A DNA stretch of 64,000 bases from Alphaproteobacteria bacterium (GCA_963667785.2 CAXXMU010000002.1:384001-448000), one strand, 5' to 3'. Counted from the stretch's first letter, positions 11,642 through 20,736 are shown. A program made the numbers and translations. Notes: generated by a model not told the origin, from the sequence alone.

Positions 11642-12952
11642 GTGAGCGCCGCGCCCGACCGCGAGGCAGCGTTCGAGTCCGACGCGATCCTCGAGCGCCT
11701 GCTCGCGCTCCATCCCAAGGCCATCGACCTCTCGCTCGGGCGCATGACCCGGCTGCTCGATGCGCTGGGCAACCCGGAGCGTGCCGCGCCGCCCGTCATC
11801 CACGTCGCCGGCACCAACGGCAAGGGCAGCGTCGTCGCCTATCTGGAGGCGATGCTGCGCGCCGCCGGCCATCGGGTGCAGAGCTACGTCTCGCCCCACC
11901 TGGTGCGCTTCGCCGAGCGGATCCGGCTCGACGGCGTGCCGATCGGAGAGGAGGCCTTGCGCGCGAGCCTCGCCCATTGCGAGGCCGTCAACGACGGCGC
12001 GCCCATCACCTTCTTCGAGATCACCACCGCCGCGGCCTTCCACGCCTTCCGGCAGCACCCGGCGGACGTGCTGCTGCTGGAGGTCGGCCTCGGCGGCCGG
12101 CTCGACGCCACCAACGTGATCGCGCGCCCCGCGCTCACGGTAATCACGCCGGTCTCCATCGACCACACGCACTATCTGGGCGAGACGCTCCCCCTCATCG
12201 CTGCCGAGAAGGCCGGCATCCTGAAGGAGGGCGTGACCGGCGTCATCGGCCGGCAGGAGGCGGACGCCGCCGCGGCCATCGAGCGGGTGGCCGGGGAGGC
12301 GGGGGCGCCGCTCGCGCGGCTGGGCCGGGAGTGGTCCTTCGAGTGCGTTCGCGGGCATCTGAGCGTGCGGGACGGGCGGGGCGCCGGGCGCTATTCCCTG
12401 CCGGGGCTCGCCGGCCCCCACCAGGTCGAGAACGCCGCGCTCGCCGTCGCCTGCGCGCGCAGCCTACAGGGGTTCGCCCTCGACGATGCCGCCATATCGC
12501 AGGGTCTGAGGGAGGCGCGCTGGCCCGGACGGCTACAGCGCCTGCCCTGGCCGGGCCTCGCGCAAGGCTGGGAACTGTGGCTCGACGGCGGCCACAACGC
12601 GGCCGCGGCGGCGGCGCTGGCCCGCGTCGCAGAGGGCTGGGCCGACCGTCCGCTCGACCTCGTGGTGGGCATGCTGAACACGCGACCGCCGGCGGATTTC
12701 CTGCGGTCGCTCGCGCCGGTCGCGCGGCGGCTGGTCGCTGTGCCGATCCCGGATCAGGCCGCGAGCGCGGAACCGGACGACATCCGCGCCGCAGCGCGCG
12801 AAGTCGGGATCGAGGCGGAGACGGGGACAAGCGTTGCCGCGGCGATCGCGGGCCTGACCGCGGGCTCGGCCGGGCCCGCCCGCATCCTCGTCTGCGGCTC
12901 GCTCTATCTGGCGGGCGACGTGCTCGCGGCGGCGAAGGTCCCGGCCGCCTGA
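11642..12952 (+). CDS. folC: Bifunctional folylpolyglutamate synthase/dihydrofolate synthase
   Basis: HVAGTNGKGS, SPHL, TFFE, EVGLGGRLDATN, WPGR, LDGGHN, CGSLYL. Confidence 0.96.
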   Translation: MSAAPDREAAFESDAILERLLALHPKAIDLSLGRMTRLLDALGNPERAAPPVIHVAGTNGKGSVVAYLEAMLRAAGHRVQSYVSPHLVRFAERIRLDGVPIGEEALRASLAHCEAVNDGAPITFFEITTAAAFHAFRQHPADVLLLEVGLGGRLDATNVIARPALTVITPVSIDHTHYLGETLPLIAAEKAGILKEGVTGVIGRQEADAAAAIERVAGEAGAPLARLGREWSFECVRGHLSVRDGRGAGRYSLPGLAGPHQVENAALAVACARSLQGFALDDAAISQGLREARWPGRLQRLPWPGLAQGWELWLDGGHNAAAAAALARVAEGWADRPLDLVVGMLNTRPPADFLRSLAPVARRLVAVPIPDQAASAEPDDIRAAAREVGIEAETGTSVAAAIAGLTAGSAGPARILVCGSLYLAGDVLAAAKVPAA

Positions 12953-12974
12953 GCGGCCGGGGCGGGGAGGGGGC

Positions 12975-13295
12975 TCAGACCGCGCCGCGCAGCCACTCGG
13001 CGAGCTTGGCCTTGGGCAGCGCGCCCACCTTGGTATCGGCCACCTCGCCGTCCTTGAAGAGGATCAGGGTCGGAATCCCCCGGATGCCGTACTTCGCGGG
13101 CGTCGACGGGTTCGAGTCCACGTCCAGCTTGGCCACCGAGAGCGACTCGCCCATCTCGCCGGCGATCTCCTCCAGAGCCGGCGCGATGGCCTTGCAGGGG
13201 CCGCACCAGTCGGCCCAGAAGTCGACCAGAACCGGGCCTTCGGCGTTGAGGACCTTCTCTTCGAACTCGGCATCGGTGACGTGCGTGACGCTCAT
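12975..13295 (-). CDS. trxA: Thioredoxin
   Basis: [19 protein letters not shown]; GGAGG RBS; conserved position convergent with folC. Confidence 0.97.
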   Translation of the reverse strand: MSVTHVTDAEFEEKVLNAEGPVLVDFWADWCGPCKAIAPALEEIAGEMGESLSVAKLDVDSNPSTPAKYGIRGIPTLILFKDGEVADTKVGALPKAKLAEWLRGAV

Positions 13296-13324
13296 CGGGG
13301 CTCCTCCAGGACGGCGATCACCGG

Positions 13325-13353
13325 AATGTAGGTAGCGCGCCGGGGCCCGTCAA
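13325..13353 (-). promoter_or_regulatory. Putative trxA promoter (sigma70- or RpoH-like)
   Basis: Minus strand TTGACG-N17-TACATT; the CCTACAT box resembles the alphaproteobacterial RpoH -10. Confidence 0.5.
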
Positions 13354-13490
13354 CGGGCGGTCGCCCTGCGCGCATCGACCCCGGACGATGGTGCGGTCCA
13401 CGGCGCGGGCTGGCCGTGCGAGGGTGGCGGCATGATGCGTGAGAGCGGCGACGAGCGGGAAGGGGCGGGGCACGGCAGGGGGCGGTGGCG

Positions 13491-13578
13491 AAGTGGGATA
13501 TGGAGGCCGCCAGACCCCGCGGAATCCCTCGATATCCCACGAAATCCCGCATGCCCCCCCCTAGGCGAATCCCACTTT
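13491..13578. repeat. Array of 10-bp-phased GNGGGA direct repeats flanked by inverted AAGTGGGAT copies
   Basis: Minus strand 13550-13511 reads GCGGGATTTC/GTGGGATATC/GAGGGATTCC/GCGGGGTCTG; AAGTGGGAT at 13491 and ATCCCACTT at 13569. Confidence 0.65.
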
Positions 13579-13631
13579 CGGCCGCCGCGTTGGGGCGCGA
13601 TGGGGGCAGCGCGCGCGTGCCGAAAGGGTCG

Positions 13632-13976
13632 CTAGCCCTCCGCCAGGAGCGCGGTCGCGATCGCCCGCCACTCGTCGCGCAGCGCCTGCTGCGATTGCGG
13701 CCGCCCGGCGCGCCGGTACCAGTAGCCGGCGTTGCGGAGATCGCCCTCGACGCGGTGGAGATAGGCGTGCACCCAGGCGCCGGCCGGGCCCTTGTCGGCC
13801 TGGGCGAGCGCATGGGCCTCGTCCCAGTGGCCGCGCGCCTCCTGCCAGAGCGCCTGGAGCGGCGTGCTCAGGCCCTCCGGCGGCGCCGGCTCGCCGAGCG
13901 AACGTTCGAAGCCCGTCAGGTCCATGATGCGCCTTTCGCCTGTCTCCGCGCCGGCCTCGTTGCGCGCGTCCATCAC
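13632..13976 (-). CDS. Conserved hypothetical protein (WDxAHxxAQ / HAYLHRxEGD / YWYRRA type)
   Basis: Recognisable small conserved-protein motifs; start overlaps the stop of the upstream hydantoinase gene (alternative ATG at 13925). Confidence 0.75.
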   Translation of the reverse strand: MMDARNEAGAETGERRIMDLTGFERSLGEPAPPEGLSTPLQALWQEARGHWDEAHALAQADKGPAGAWVHAYLHRVEGDLRNAGYWYRRAGRPQSQQALRDEWRAIATALLAEG

Positions 13977-16093
13977 GCGCCGTCCGTGCCGGCGGCCAGG
14001 GTGATCTCGAAATTACCGTAGGCATCGACCAGGAGCGATTGCCCGGGGTGGACCACCACCGTGGTGACCTCGGTATCGATGACGGCGGGCCCCGCGATGC
14101 GGTTGCCGGGGACGAGGCGCGCACCGTCGAAGATGGGCGTCTCCGCCCGGCGCTCCCACGCGGCCCAGTAGACCGAGCGCGGCGGGCGGATGGCGTCGGG
14201 CGCGGGCTCCGCCTGCAGGCCGTCGGCCCTGCTGAGGCGGGGCTTCGGCGTCACGCCCGAGGCGCGGCAGCGGAAGGTGACGATCTCGAGCTGCGCGTTG
14301 GGAAGTGCTGCGCCGCGCCCGTAGAGCGCCTCGTAGCGGCGGCGGAACTCCTCGTGCAGCGCGGCGACCTCGTCGGCGGCCACGGCATCGCCCGCCAGTT
14401 CCACCTCGACCTCGTTGATCTGGCCCTTGTGCCGCATGTCGAGGGTGAAGCGGTAGTGCCGGTCCGCCGGCGCGATGTCGTCGGCCGCGAGATCGGCGGC
14501 GCCGCGCTCCTTCAGCCCGGCCAGCATCGCGTTGATCGTGCCGACGTCGAAGGGCGAGCGCATGATGTTGACCCGCTCGTGGACGTGCAGCAGGTCGGCC
14601 GCCGCCGCGCCGAAGGCGCACCAGACCGAGGCGGTCTCGCGCTGCGGCACGATCACCTTCGAGACGCCGAGCTCCTGCGCGAAGACCCCGGCATGGGCGG
14701 GGCCGGCGCCGCCGAAGGCGAAGAGCACGAAGTCGCGCGGGTCGTGGCCCTTCTGGATCGTCACCTTGCGGATCAGGTCGGCCATCTGGAACTCGACGAT
14801 GCGGGCGATGCCGCTCGCGGTCTCGTCCAGCCCGAGGCCGAGGCTGGCGCCCACGGGCTCCAGCGCGCGGGCCGCGGCGTCCCGGTCGAGCGCGATGGCG
14901 CCGCCGGCGAAGTTGTCCGGGTCGAGATAGCCGAGCACCAGGTCGGCGTCGGTGACCGTCGGCACCGCGCCGCCGCGGCCGTAGCAGACCGGGCCGGGAT
15001 CGGCGCCTGCGCTCTCCGGCCCGACGCGGAGCGCGCCGGTGGCTTCGTCGATCCGGGCCATGCTGCCGCCGCCCGCGCCGATCACCTGGATGTCGACCTT
15101 GGAGAGGTAGTACTCGTACTGGTGGACCAGGCTGCGGTAGGAGAACGCCGGCTCGCCGCCGTGGATGATGCCGACATCGAAGGACGTGCCGCCCATGTCG
15201 GTGGTGATGACGTTCTCGTAGCCCATGATGCCGCCGCCGTAGCGCGAGCCGGTGACGCCGGAGACCGGGCCGGAATCCAGCGTCAGCAGCGGCGCCGCCA
15301 TCGCCTTGGCCACCGGGATCGTGCCGCCCGCGCACTGGGTGATCTGCAGCGGGTGGTGGTAGCCGAGCTCGGTCGTGCGGCGGTCCATGCGGGCGAGGTA
15401 GCCGGTCACAAGCGGGCCGATATAGGCGTTGAGGGCGACCGCGGCGGTGCGCTCGTACTCGCCCCACTTCGGCACCAGCTCGGACGAGCAGGTGACGAAC
15501 AGGCCGGGCGCGATGCGCTCCACCATCGCCTTGACGCGGCGCTCGTGCTCGGGCGCGAGGAAGGACCAGAGGAAGCAGATGGCGATCGCCTCCACCCCGT
15601 CGGCGACGAGCCGGCGGATCGCCCGCTCCGCCTCCTCCTCGTTCAGCTCGACGACGACCTTGCCGAAGCAGTCCACCCGCTCCGAGACCCCCTCGATCAG
15701 GTACTTCGGCACGATGGGGTCCGGCTTGCTGCTCTCCGGGATGTGGACGACGAGGCGGATGTCGCGGCCGGTGAGCCCGCGCGAGCCGCGCATGATGTGG
15801 ATGACGTCGTTGTGGCCCCTGGTGGTGATGAGGCCGACCTTGACGCCCTTCTTCTGGATGATCGCGTTGGTGCCGACGGTGGTGCCGTGGGCCAGCACCG
15901 CGAGCTCGCGGCAGAGCGCATCGAGCGGCGTGTCGAGCTTGCCGGCGACGATGTCGAGGGCGGCGATCAGCCCCTCGCCGAAGTCCGCCGGGGTGGACGG
16001 CGCCTTGCCTGTGGTGACGCGGCCCTCCTCGTCCACCACCACGCAGTCGGTGAAGGTGCCGCCGATGTCGATGCCGCAGAGATAGGCGCTCAT
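13973..16093 (-). CDS. Hydantoinase A / oxoprolinase N-terminal family (HyuA-like ATP-dependent lactamase subunit)
   Basis: GIDIGGTFTD, HGTTVGTN, EYER, SGPVSG, DMGGTSFD, GAGGGS, PTVTDAD, AFGGAG. Confidence 0.93.
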   Translation of the reverse strand: MSAYLCGIDIGGTFTDCVVVDEEGRVTTGKAPSTPADFGEGLIAALDIVAGKLDTPLDALCRELAVLAHGTTVGTNAIIQKKGVKVGLITTRGHNDVIHIMRGSRGLTGRDIRLVVHIPESSKPDPIVPKYLIEGVSERVDCFGKVVVELNEEEAERAIRRLVADGVEAIAICFLWSFLAPEHERRVKAMVERIAPGLFVTCSSELVPKWGEYERTAAVALNAYIGPLVTGYLARMDRRTTELGYHHPLQITQCAGGTIPVAKAMAAPLLTLDSGPVSGVTGSRYGGGIMGYENVITTDMGGTSFDVGIIHGGEPAFSYRSLVHQYEYYLSKVDIQVIGAGGGSMARIDEATGALRVGPESAGADPGPVCYGRGGAVPTVTDADLVLGYLDPDNFAGGAIALDRDAAARALEPVGASLGLGLDETASGIARIVEFQMADLIRKVTIQKGHDPRDFVLFAFGGAGPAHAGVFAQELGVSKVIVPQRETASVWCAFGAAAADLLHVHERVNIMRSPFDVGTINAMLAGLKERGAADLAADDIAPADRHYRFTLDMRHKGQINEVEVELAGDAVAADEVAALHEEFRRRYEALYGRGAALPNAQLEIVTFRCRASGVTPKPRLSRADGLQAEPAPDAIRPPRSVYWAAWERRAETPIFDGARLVPGNRIAGPAVIDTEVTTVVVHPGQSLLVDAYGNFEITLAAGTDGA

Positions 16094-16141
16094 GAGTTGT
16101 TCCGCAGGCGGTTTCGCGTGTGGTCGGAGGGGAGTGAGAGC

Positions 16142-16921
16142 TCAGTCGAAGAGCGCGACGGCCCTGGTCCAGCCGCCGGACGCCGCCTTGATCTTGCAGG
16201 GGAAGCACGCGACCGTGAAGCCGAAGGGCGGCAGCTCCTCCAGGTGCCGGAGCTTCTCCATGTGGCAGTAGGGCGTGTCGATCCCGGCATAGTGCCCTTC
16301 CCAGATGATCCGGGGATCCCGCGTCTTCAGCCAGCGCTCGCGCGTCGCCGAGAAGGGCGCGTCCCAGCTCCAGCCGTCGATGCCGGTCACGCGCACGCCG
16401 CGCTCGGTCAGGTAGTGGGTCGCCTCGCGGCCCATGCCGCAGCCGGAATGGATGTAGTCGTCGTGGCCGTATCTCTCGCCGGCCCGCGTGTTCACCAGCA
16501 CGATGTCCATGGGCTGGAGCTCGTAGCCGATTCGCCCGAGCTCGGCCTCGACGTCCGCCGGCGTCGCGACGTAGCCGTCGTCGAGATCGCGGAAGTCGAG
16601 CTTCACGCCCGGCCGGAAGTACCAGTCGAGCGGCATCTCGTCGATGGTCGGCATCCGGTTGCCCTTCGAATCCCGCGAGTTGTAGTGGTAGGGCGCATCC
16701 ATGTGGGTGCCGTTGTGGGTGGCGAGCTCGATGAACTCGATCGCCCAGCCCTCGCCGTTCGGCAACTGGTCCTCGCTGAGGCCGGGGAACAGCTCGCACA
16801 TGAGCGCCGCGCTCTCCTTCCCCGTCACGTAGCGGATCGAGGGCCGCATGAAGTCGGGGTCCACGACCGTTTCGTTGTCGAGGGGCTGGGAGATGTCGAC
16901 GATCCTGGACGGCAGCTTCAT
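16142..16921 (-). CDS. Cyclase family metal-dependent hydrolase (kynurenine formamidase-like)
   Basis: HNGTHMDAPYH motif, GIDGWSWD, HMEKL, WTRAVA. Confidence 0.9.
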   Translation of the reverse strand: MKLPSRIVDISQPLDNETVVDPDFMRPSIRYVTGKESAALMCELFPGLSEDQLPNGEGWAIEFIELATHNGTHMDAPYHYNSRDSKGNRMPTIDEMPLDWYFRPGVKLDFRDLDDGYVATPADVEAELGRIGYELQPMDIVLVNTRAGERYGHDDYIHSGCGMGREATHYLTERGVRVTGIDGWSWDAPFSATRERWLKTRDPRIIWEGHYAGIDTPYCHMEKLRHLEELPPFGFTVACFPCKIKAASGGWTRAVALFD

Positions 16922-17022
16922 CTTAGGCCCTCCTTGCAGCCGCTCCTTGTGCCCAAGCGGCGCGCCGGAGTCGAGGGAGAGAATCTTGAATGGCGGGCGG
17001 GCGAACGCGCTAGAATGGCGCC

Positions 17023-17241
17023 ATGGCTATCCTGCGCACGGTTCTCTGGTCGCTGGCCAGGCGCGCCGCCGCCGATCCGCGCGTGCAGAAGAAGGCGGGG
17101 CAGGCGTTCCGGGCCGTCGACGGGAAGATGGACAAGGCGGCCGACAAGGTGGCGAAGGTCGCGGTCGCCAAGGATCCCGCGCGCGAGGCGGGGAAGATGA
17201 TCGGCGCCTTCCTCTCGGGCGAGAAGCCGCCGAAGCGCTGA
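17023..17241 (+). CDS. Small hypothetical protein (72 aa, basic, helical)
   Basis: Host-like codon usage; TAGAAT -10-like box 6 nt before the ATG. Confidence 0.65.
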   Translation: MAILRTVLWSLARRAAADPRVQKKAGQAFRAVDGKMDKAADKVAKVAVAKDPAREAGKMIGAFLSGEKPPKR

Positions 17242-17264
17242 CCGCCCGCCGCCGGGCGCCCATC

Positions 17265-17351
<87 letters not shown>

Positions 17352-17360
17352 CCGGTCAGA

Positions 17361-17447
17361 TGGTGCGGCTGAGAGGACTCGAACCTCCACGGGGTCGCCC
17401 CCACAGCGCCCTCAACGCTGCGCGTCTACCTGTTCCGCCACAGCCGC
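17361..17447 (-). tRNA. tRNA-Leu (GAG)
   Basis: GCGGCTGTGGCGGAACAGGTAGACGC...CAGCG-TTGAGGG-CGCTG, long variable arm, CCA; 87 nt. Confidence 0.97.
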
Positions 17448-17522
17448 GAGAAAATGCCGTGCCCGAAGAGCCGGCGGAGCGGAGAAAACAGGGTAATGGC
17501 GCGGCTTGTCAAGCCGCCATCG

Positions 17523-17683
17523 GCGCGTATCCGTTCCTGACGGATACGCGACAGGCCGCGACCGCGGCCCGCCGCTTATGCGGCGCCCTCGCATCGTGCG
17601 CTCCGCGCGCGTCCCGCGCGACGGCCGGCTGCCGTGAGCGAAAAGAGTCCAGCGCGAGGTCTGTGAGGAACGGAAACGCCCTA
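17523..17683. repeat. Intergenic palindromic repeat element (RIME/CIR/MITE-like), copy 1
   Basis: Shares identical blocks with 52311-52486 (GCGACAGGCCGCGACCGCGGCCCGCCGCT; CGCATCGTGCGCTCCGCGCGCGT; GGCCGGCTGCCGTGAGCGA); 5' hairpin CGCGTATCCGT/ACGGATACGCG; right end overlaps the gpsA TAG. Confidence 0.85.
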
Positions 17684-18688
17684 CACGCCGCGCCCCGCGC
17701 CGGCCTCCGGCTTGAAGGGGCGCGACAGCAGGCCGCCGATCGCGTCGTCGATCGAGGCGCCCCGGTGGAGCACCGCGTGCACCGCACCGGCGATCGGCAT
17801 TTCGACCCCGAGACCCGCCGCCATCGTCATCACGGCCGGCGCGCTGGCCACCCCCTCGGTCACCGCCTCGCGGGCGCCCAGCACCGCGTCCGCCCTCCCG
17901 CCGGCGCCGAGCGCGCGGCCGAGGGTGAAGTTGCGCGACTGCTCGCTGGTGCAGGTCAGCACCAGATCGCCGAGGCCCGAGAGGCCGGCGAGGGTCTCCG
18001 GCCGGCCGCCGCCGGCGACGGCGAGGCGGACCAGCTCGGCGAAGCCGCGCGCGACGATGGCGGCGCGGGCGTTGTCCCCGAGGTTTCGGCCGACGGCGAT
18101 TCCGGCGGCGATGGCGATCACGTTCTTGACGGCGCCGCCGACCTGGACGCCGATCAGGTCGTCCGTGAGGTAGGGGCGGAAGGCCGGGCTGCCGAGCGCC
18201 TCCACGATCGCGGCGCCCCGGCGGGCGTCCTCGCAGGCCAGCGACACGGCGGCGGGCAGGCCCTCGGCCACCTCGCGCGCGAAGGTGGGGCCGGAGAGCG
18301 CGGCGAGCGGCATGTCGGGCGCCACCCGGCGCAGCGCGTCGCTCATCAGGGCGCCGGTTCCGCGCTCGATTCCCTTGGCGCAGACCACGCCCGGCACGCG
18401 GCCGTTCGATGCCCCGAACACCTCCGCCGCGATCGCGGCGAGATTCTGCGCCGGGGTCGCGAGCAGCAGGAGGTCGCCGTCCGCCGCCTCGCCCAGATCC
18501 GCCGTTGCGCGGATCGCCGGCTCCAGCGGAACGCCGGGCAGGAAGCGGCGGTTCTCGTGCCGCCCGTTGATCGCCTCGACGACGTCGGGCTCGCGCGCCC
18601 AGAGCGTCACCTCGCGGCCCGCGCGCGCCGCCACCGCAGCCAGCGCCGTTCCCCAGGCGCCGCCGCCGATCACGCCGATGCGGTTCAT
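17681..18688 (-). CDS. gpsA: NAD(P)H-dependent glycerol-3-phosphate dehydrogenase
   Basis: GGGAWGTALA, CAKGIE, SGPTFA, GAVKNVIAIA, GLGDLVLTC, SRN. Confidence 0.97.
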   Translation of the reverse strand: MNRIGVIGGGAWGTALAAVAARAGREVTLWAREPDVVEAINGRHENRRFLPGVPLEPAIRATADLGEAADGDLLLLATPAQNLAAIAAEVFGASNGRVPGVVCAKGIERGTGALMSDALRRVAPDMPLAALSGPTFAREVAEGLPAAVSLACEDARRGAAIVEALGSPAFRPYLTDDLIGVQVGGAVKNVIAIAAGIAVGRNLGDNARAAIVARGFAELVRLAVAGGGRPETLAGLSGLGDLVLTCTSEQSRNFTLGRALGAGGRADAVLGAREAVTEGVASAPAVMTMAAGLGVEMPIAGAVHAVLHRGASIDDAIGGLLSRPFKPEAGAGRGV

Positions 18689-18824
18689 CGTGCCGCGCCT
18701 GCCCGTGGACTCGATCGTTCCATGGCGGTCAGTCTAGCCGACGCCCAGGCGATGCGGGCAAGCCCGTGCGGCGCCGCGTATAGTGGACCCGCAGGCGGGG
18801 CGGTGACGCAGGGGGAAGCGGCGC

Positions 18825-19643
18825 ATGGTGCGGGTGAGAGCGCGGCTCCGGCGTTCGCTTGCCGCGCTGTTGATCGCTCTGCCGGCGGCACCGGCTGCCT
18901 GGGCCGACGGCGGGTTCGAGATGGTCGACATTCCGGCCGGCAGTTTCGAGGCGGGCGACCCGGACGGCCGGGCGGACGAGGTACCCCGCCCGGTGACGGT
19001 TGCGCCCTTCCGGCTCATGCGCTTCGAGGTCACGAACGCCCAGTTCGCCGCCTTCGTCGCCGCCACCGGTCACGTCACCGATCCCGAGCGGCGCGGCTTC
19101 GCCTACGTCTGGCCCGGACGCTGGATCAAGGTGCCGGGCGCCGATTGGCGTCATCGCAGCGGCCCGGCCTCCAGCCCGGTCGGCCTCGACGACCATCCGG
19201 TGGTCCAGGTGAGCTGGCGGGACGCGCGCGCCTTCTGCCGCCACCACGGCCTCCGCCTGCCCGGCGAGGAAGAGTGGGAGTTCGCCGCGCGCGGGACGGA
19301 CGGGCGCATCTTCCCCTGGGGCGGGGCGGCGCCCGACGAGGGCGGCACGAGGCGCGCCAACTACGGCACCACCAAGTGCTGCGGCGCGGACATGACCGAT
19401 GGGTACCACGAGACCGCGCCGGTCGGCTCCTTTCCCGCGGGCGTCTCGCCCTTCGGCCTCCACGACATGGCCGGCAACGTCTGGGAGTGGACGGCGAGCC
19501 CGGACGGCGACAGCGGGAAGTACGTGCTCAGGGGCGGCGGCTGGGGCAACAATCCGTTCTGCCTCAGGGTGAGCTACCGCCACAAGAATCCGCCCGATAT
19601 CGGCCTCGACATGGTCGGCTTTCGCTGCGCCGGCGATCCCTGA
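18825..19643 (+). CDS. Formylglycine-generating enzyme (SUMF1/FGE-sulfatase) domain protein, probably secreted
   Basis: Signal peptide (AWA-D), EVTNAQF, HPVVQVSW, RLPGEEEWEFAARG, DMAGNVWEW, GFRC. Confidence 0.9.
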   Translation: MVRVRARLRRSLAALLIALPAAPAAWADGGFEMVDIPAGSFEAGDPDGRADEVPRPVTVAPFRLMRFEVTNAQFAAFVAATGHVTDPERRGFAYVWPGRWIKVPGADWRHRSGPASSPVGLDDHPVVQVSWRDARAFCRHHGLRLPGEEEWEFAARGTDGRIFPWGGAAPDEGGTRRANYGTTKCCGADMTDGYHETAPVGSFPAGVSPFGLHDMAGNVWEWTASPDGDSGKYVLRGGGWGNNPFCLRVSYRHKNPPDIGLDMVGFRCAGDP

Positions 19644-19662
19644 ACCGAGTGGGTAGCCGCGC

Positions 19663-20736
19663 TCAGGCCCGGCGCCCGAGCCTGCCGGGCACACCAGCAC
19701 CGGAGGCGAGGCCCGCCTCTTCGTCGAGCGGCCAGCGCGCGCGCGGCGAGGCGTCGAGCTGATCGATCAGGCCCCGCGAGAGCCGTTCGATGCCCGCCCA
19801 GGCGATCATCGCCGCATTGTCGGTGCAGAGCCTCGCGGGAGGGATCGCGAGCGCGAGCCGGTGGCGCGCCGCCAGCTCCTCGATGCGCTGCCGGATCTCC
19901 GCATTGGCCGCGACGCCGCCTGCGACGACCAGCGCCGTCGGCTGCGTCTCCTCGCCCTGCAGCATGGCGATCGCATTGGCGGTCCGGTCCGCCAGCACGT
20001 CGGTCACCGCCCGCTGGAACGAGGCGGCGAGGTCGGCGCGGGCGCCGTCCGACAACGCCTCGTGGGCCTGCACCGCGTGGAGCAGCGCCGTCTTGAGGCC
20101 CGAGAACGAGAAGTCGCATCCCGGCCGGCCCGCCAGCGGTCGTGGCAGGGCGATGCGCTCGGGATCGCCGTCACGCGCCGCCTTCTCGATCGCCGGCCCG
20201 CCCGGATAGCCGAGGTCGAGCAGCATCGCCGCCTTGTCGAAGGCCTCGCCCACCGCGTCGTCGATGGTGGTCCCCAGCCGCCGGTAGCGGCTCACCTCCT
20301 CGACGAGCAGCAACTGGCAGTGTCCGCCCGATACCAGGAGCAGCAGGTAGGGGAAGGCGAGGCCCTCGTCGATCAGCCGGGGGCTCAGCGCGTGCCCCTC
20401 CAGGTGGTTGACGGCGAGCAGCGGAAGGTCGTGCACGGCGGCGATCGCCTTGCCCGTCATCAGCCCGACCATGACCGCGCCGATCAGGCCGGGGCCGGCC
20501 GTCGCCGCTACGCCGTCGAGAGCGGCGAAGTCGACGCCGGCTTCCTCCATGGCGCGGGCGACGAGGCGATCGAGATGGTCGACGTGGCTGCGCGCGGCGA
20601 TCTCGGGCACGACGCCGCCGTAGGGCGCGTGGTCGGCGCACTGGGAGAGCACGAGGTTCGCCAGCATCCGGCGCTCGACGGTCACCACGGCGGCCGCCGT
20701 TTCGTCGCAGCTCGTCTCGATGCCGAGGACGATCAT
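19663..20736 (-). CDS. tsaD: tRNA N6-adenosine threonylcarbamoyltransferase
   Basis: LGIETSCDET, GGVVPE, NHLEGH, LVSGGH, DDAVGEAFDK, FSFSGLKT, TDNAAMIA. Confidence 0.97.
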   Translation of the reverse strand: MIVLGIETSCDETAAAVVTVERRMLANLVLSQCADHAPYGGVVPEIAARSHVDHLDRLVARAMEEAGVDFAALDGVAATAGPGLIGAVMVGLMTGKAIAAVHDLPLLAVNHLEGHALSPRLIDEGLAFPYLLLLVSGGHCQLLLVEEVSRYRRLGTTIDDAVGEAFDKAAMLLDLGYPGGPAIEKAARDGDPERIALPRPLAGRPGCDFSFSGLKTALLHAVQAHEALSDGARADLAASFQRAVTDVLADRTANAIAMLQGEETQPTALVVAGGVAANAEIRQRIEELAARHRLALAIPPARLCTDNAAMIAWAGIERLSRGLIDQLDASPRARWPLDEEAGLASGAGVPGRLGRRA

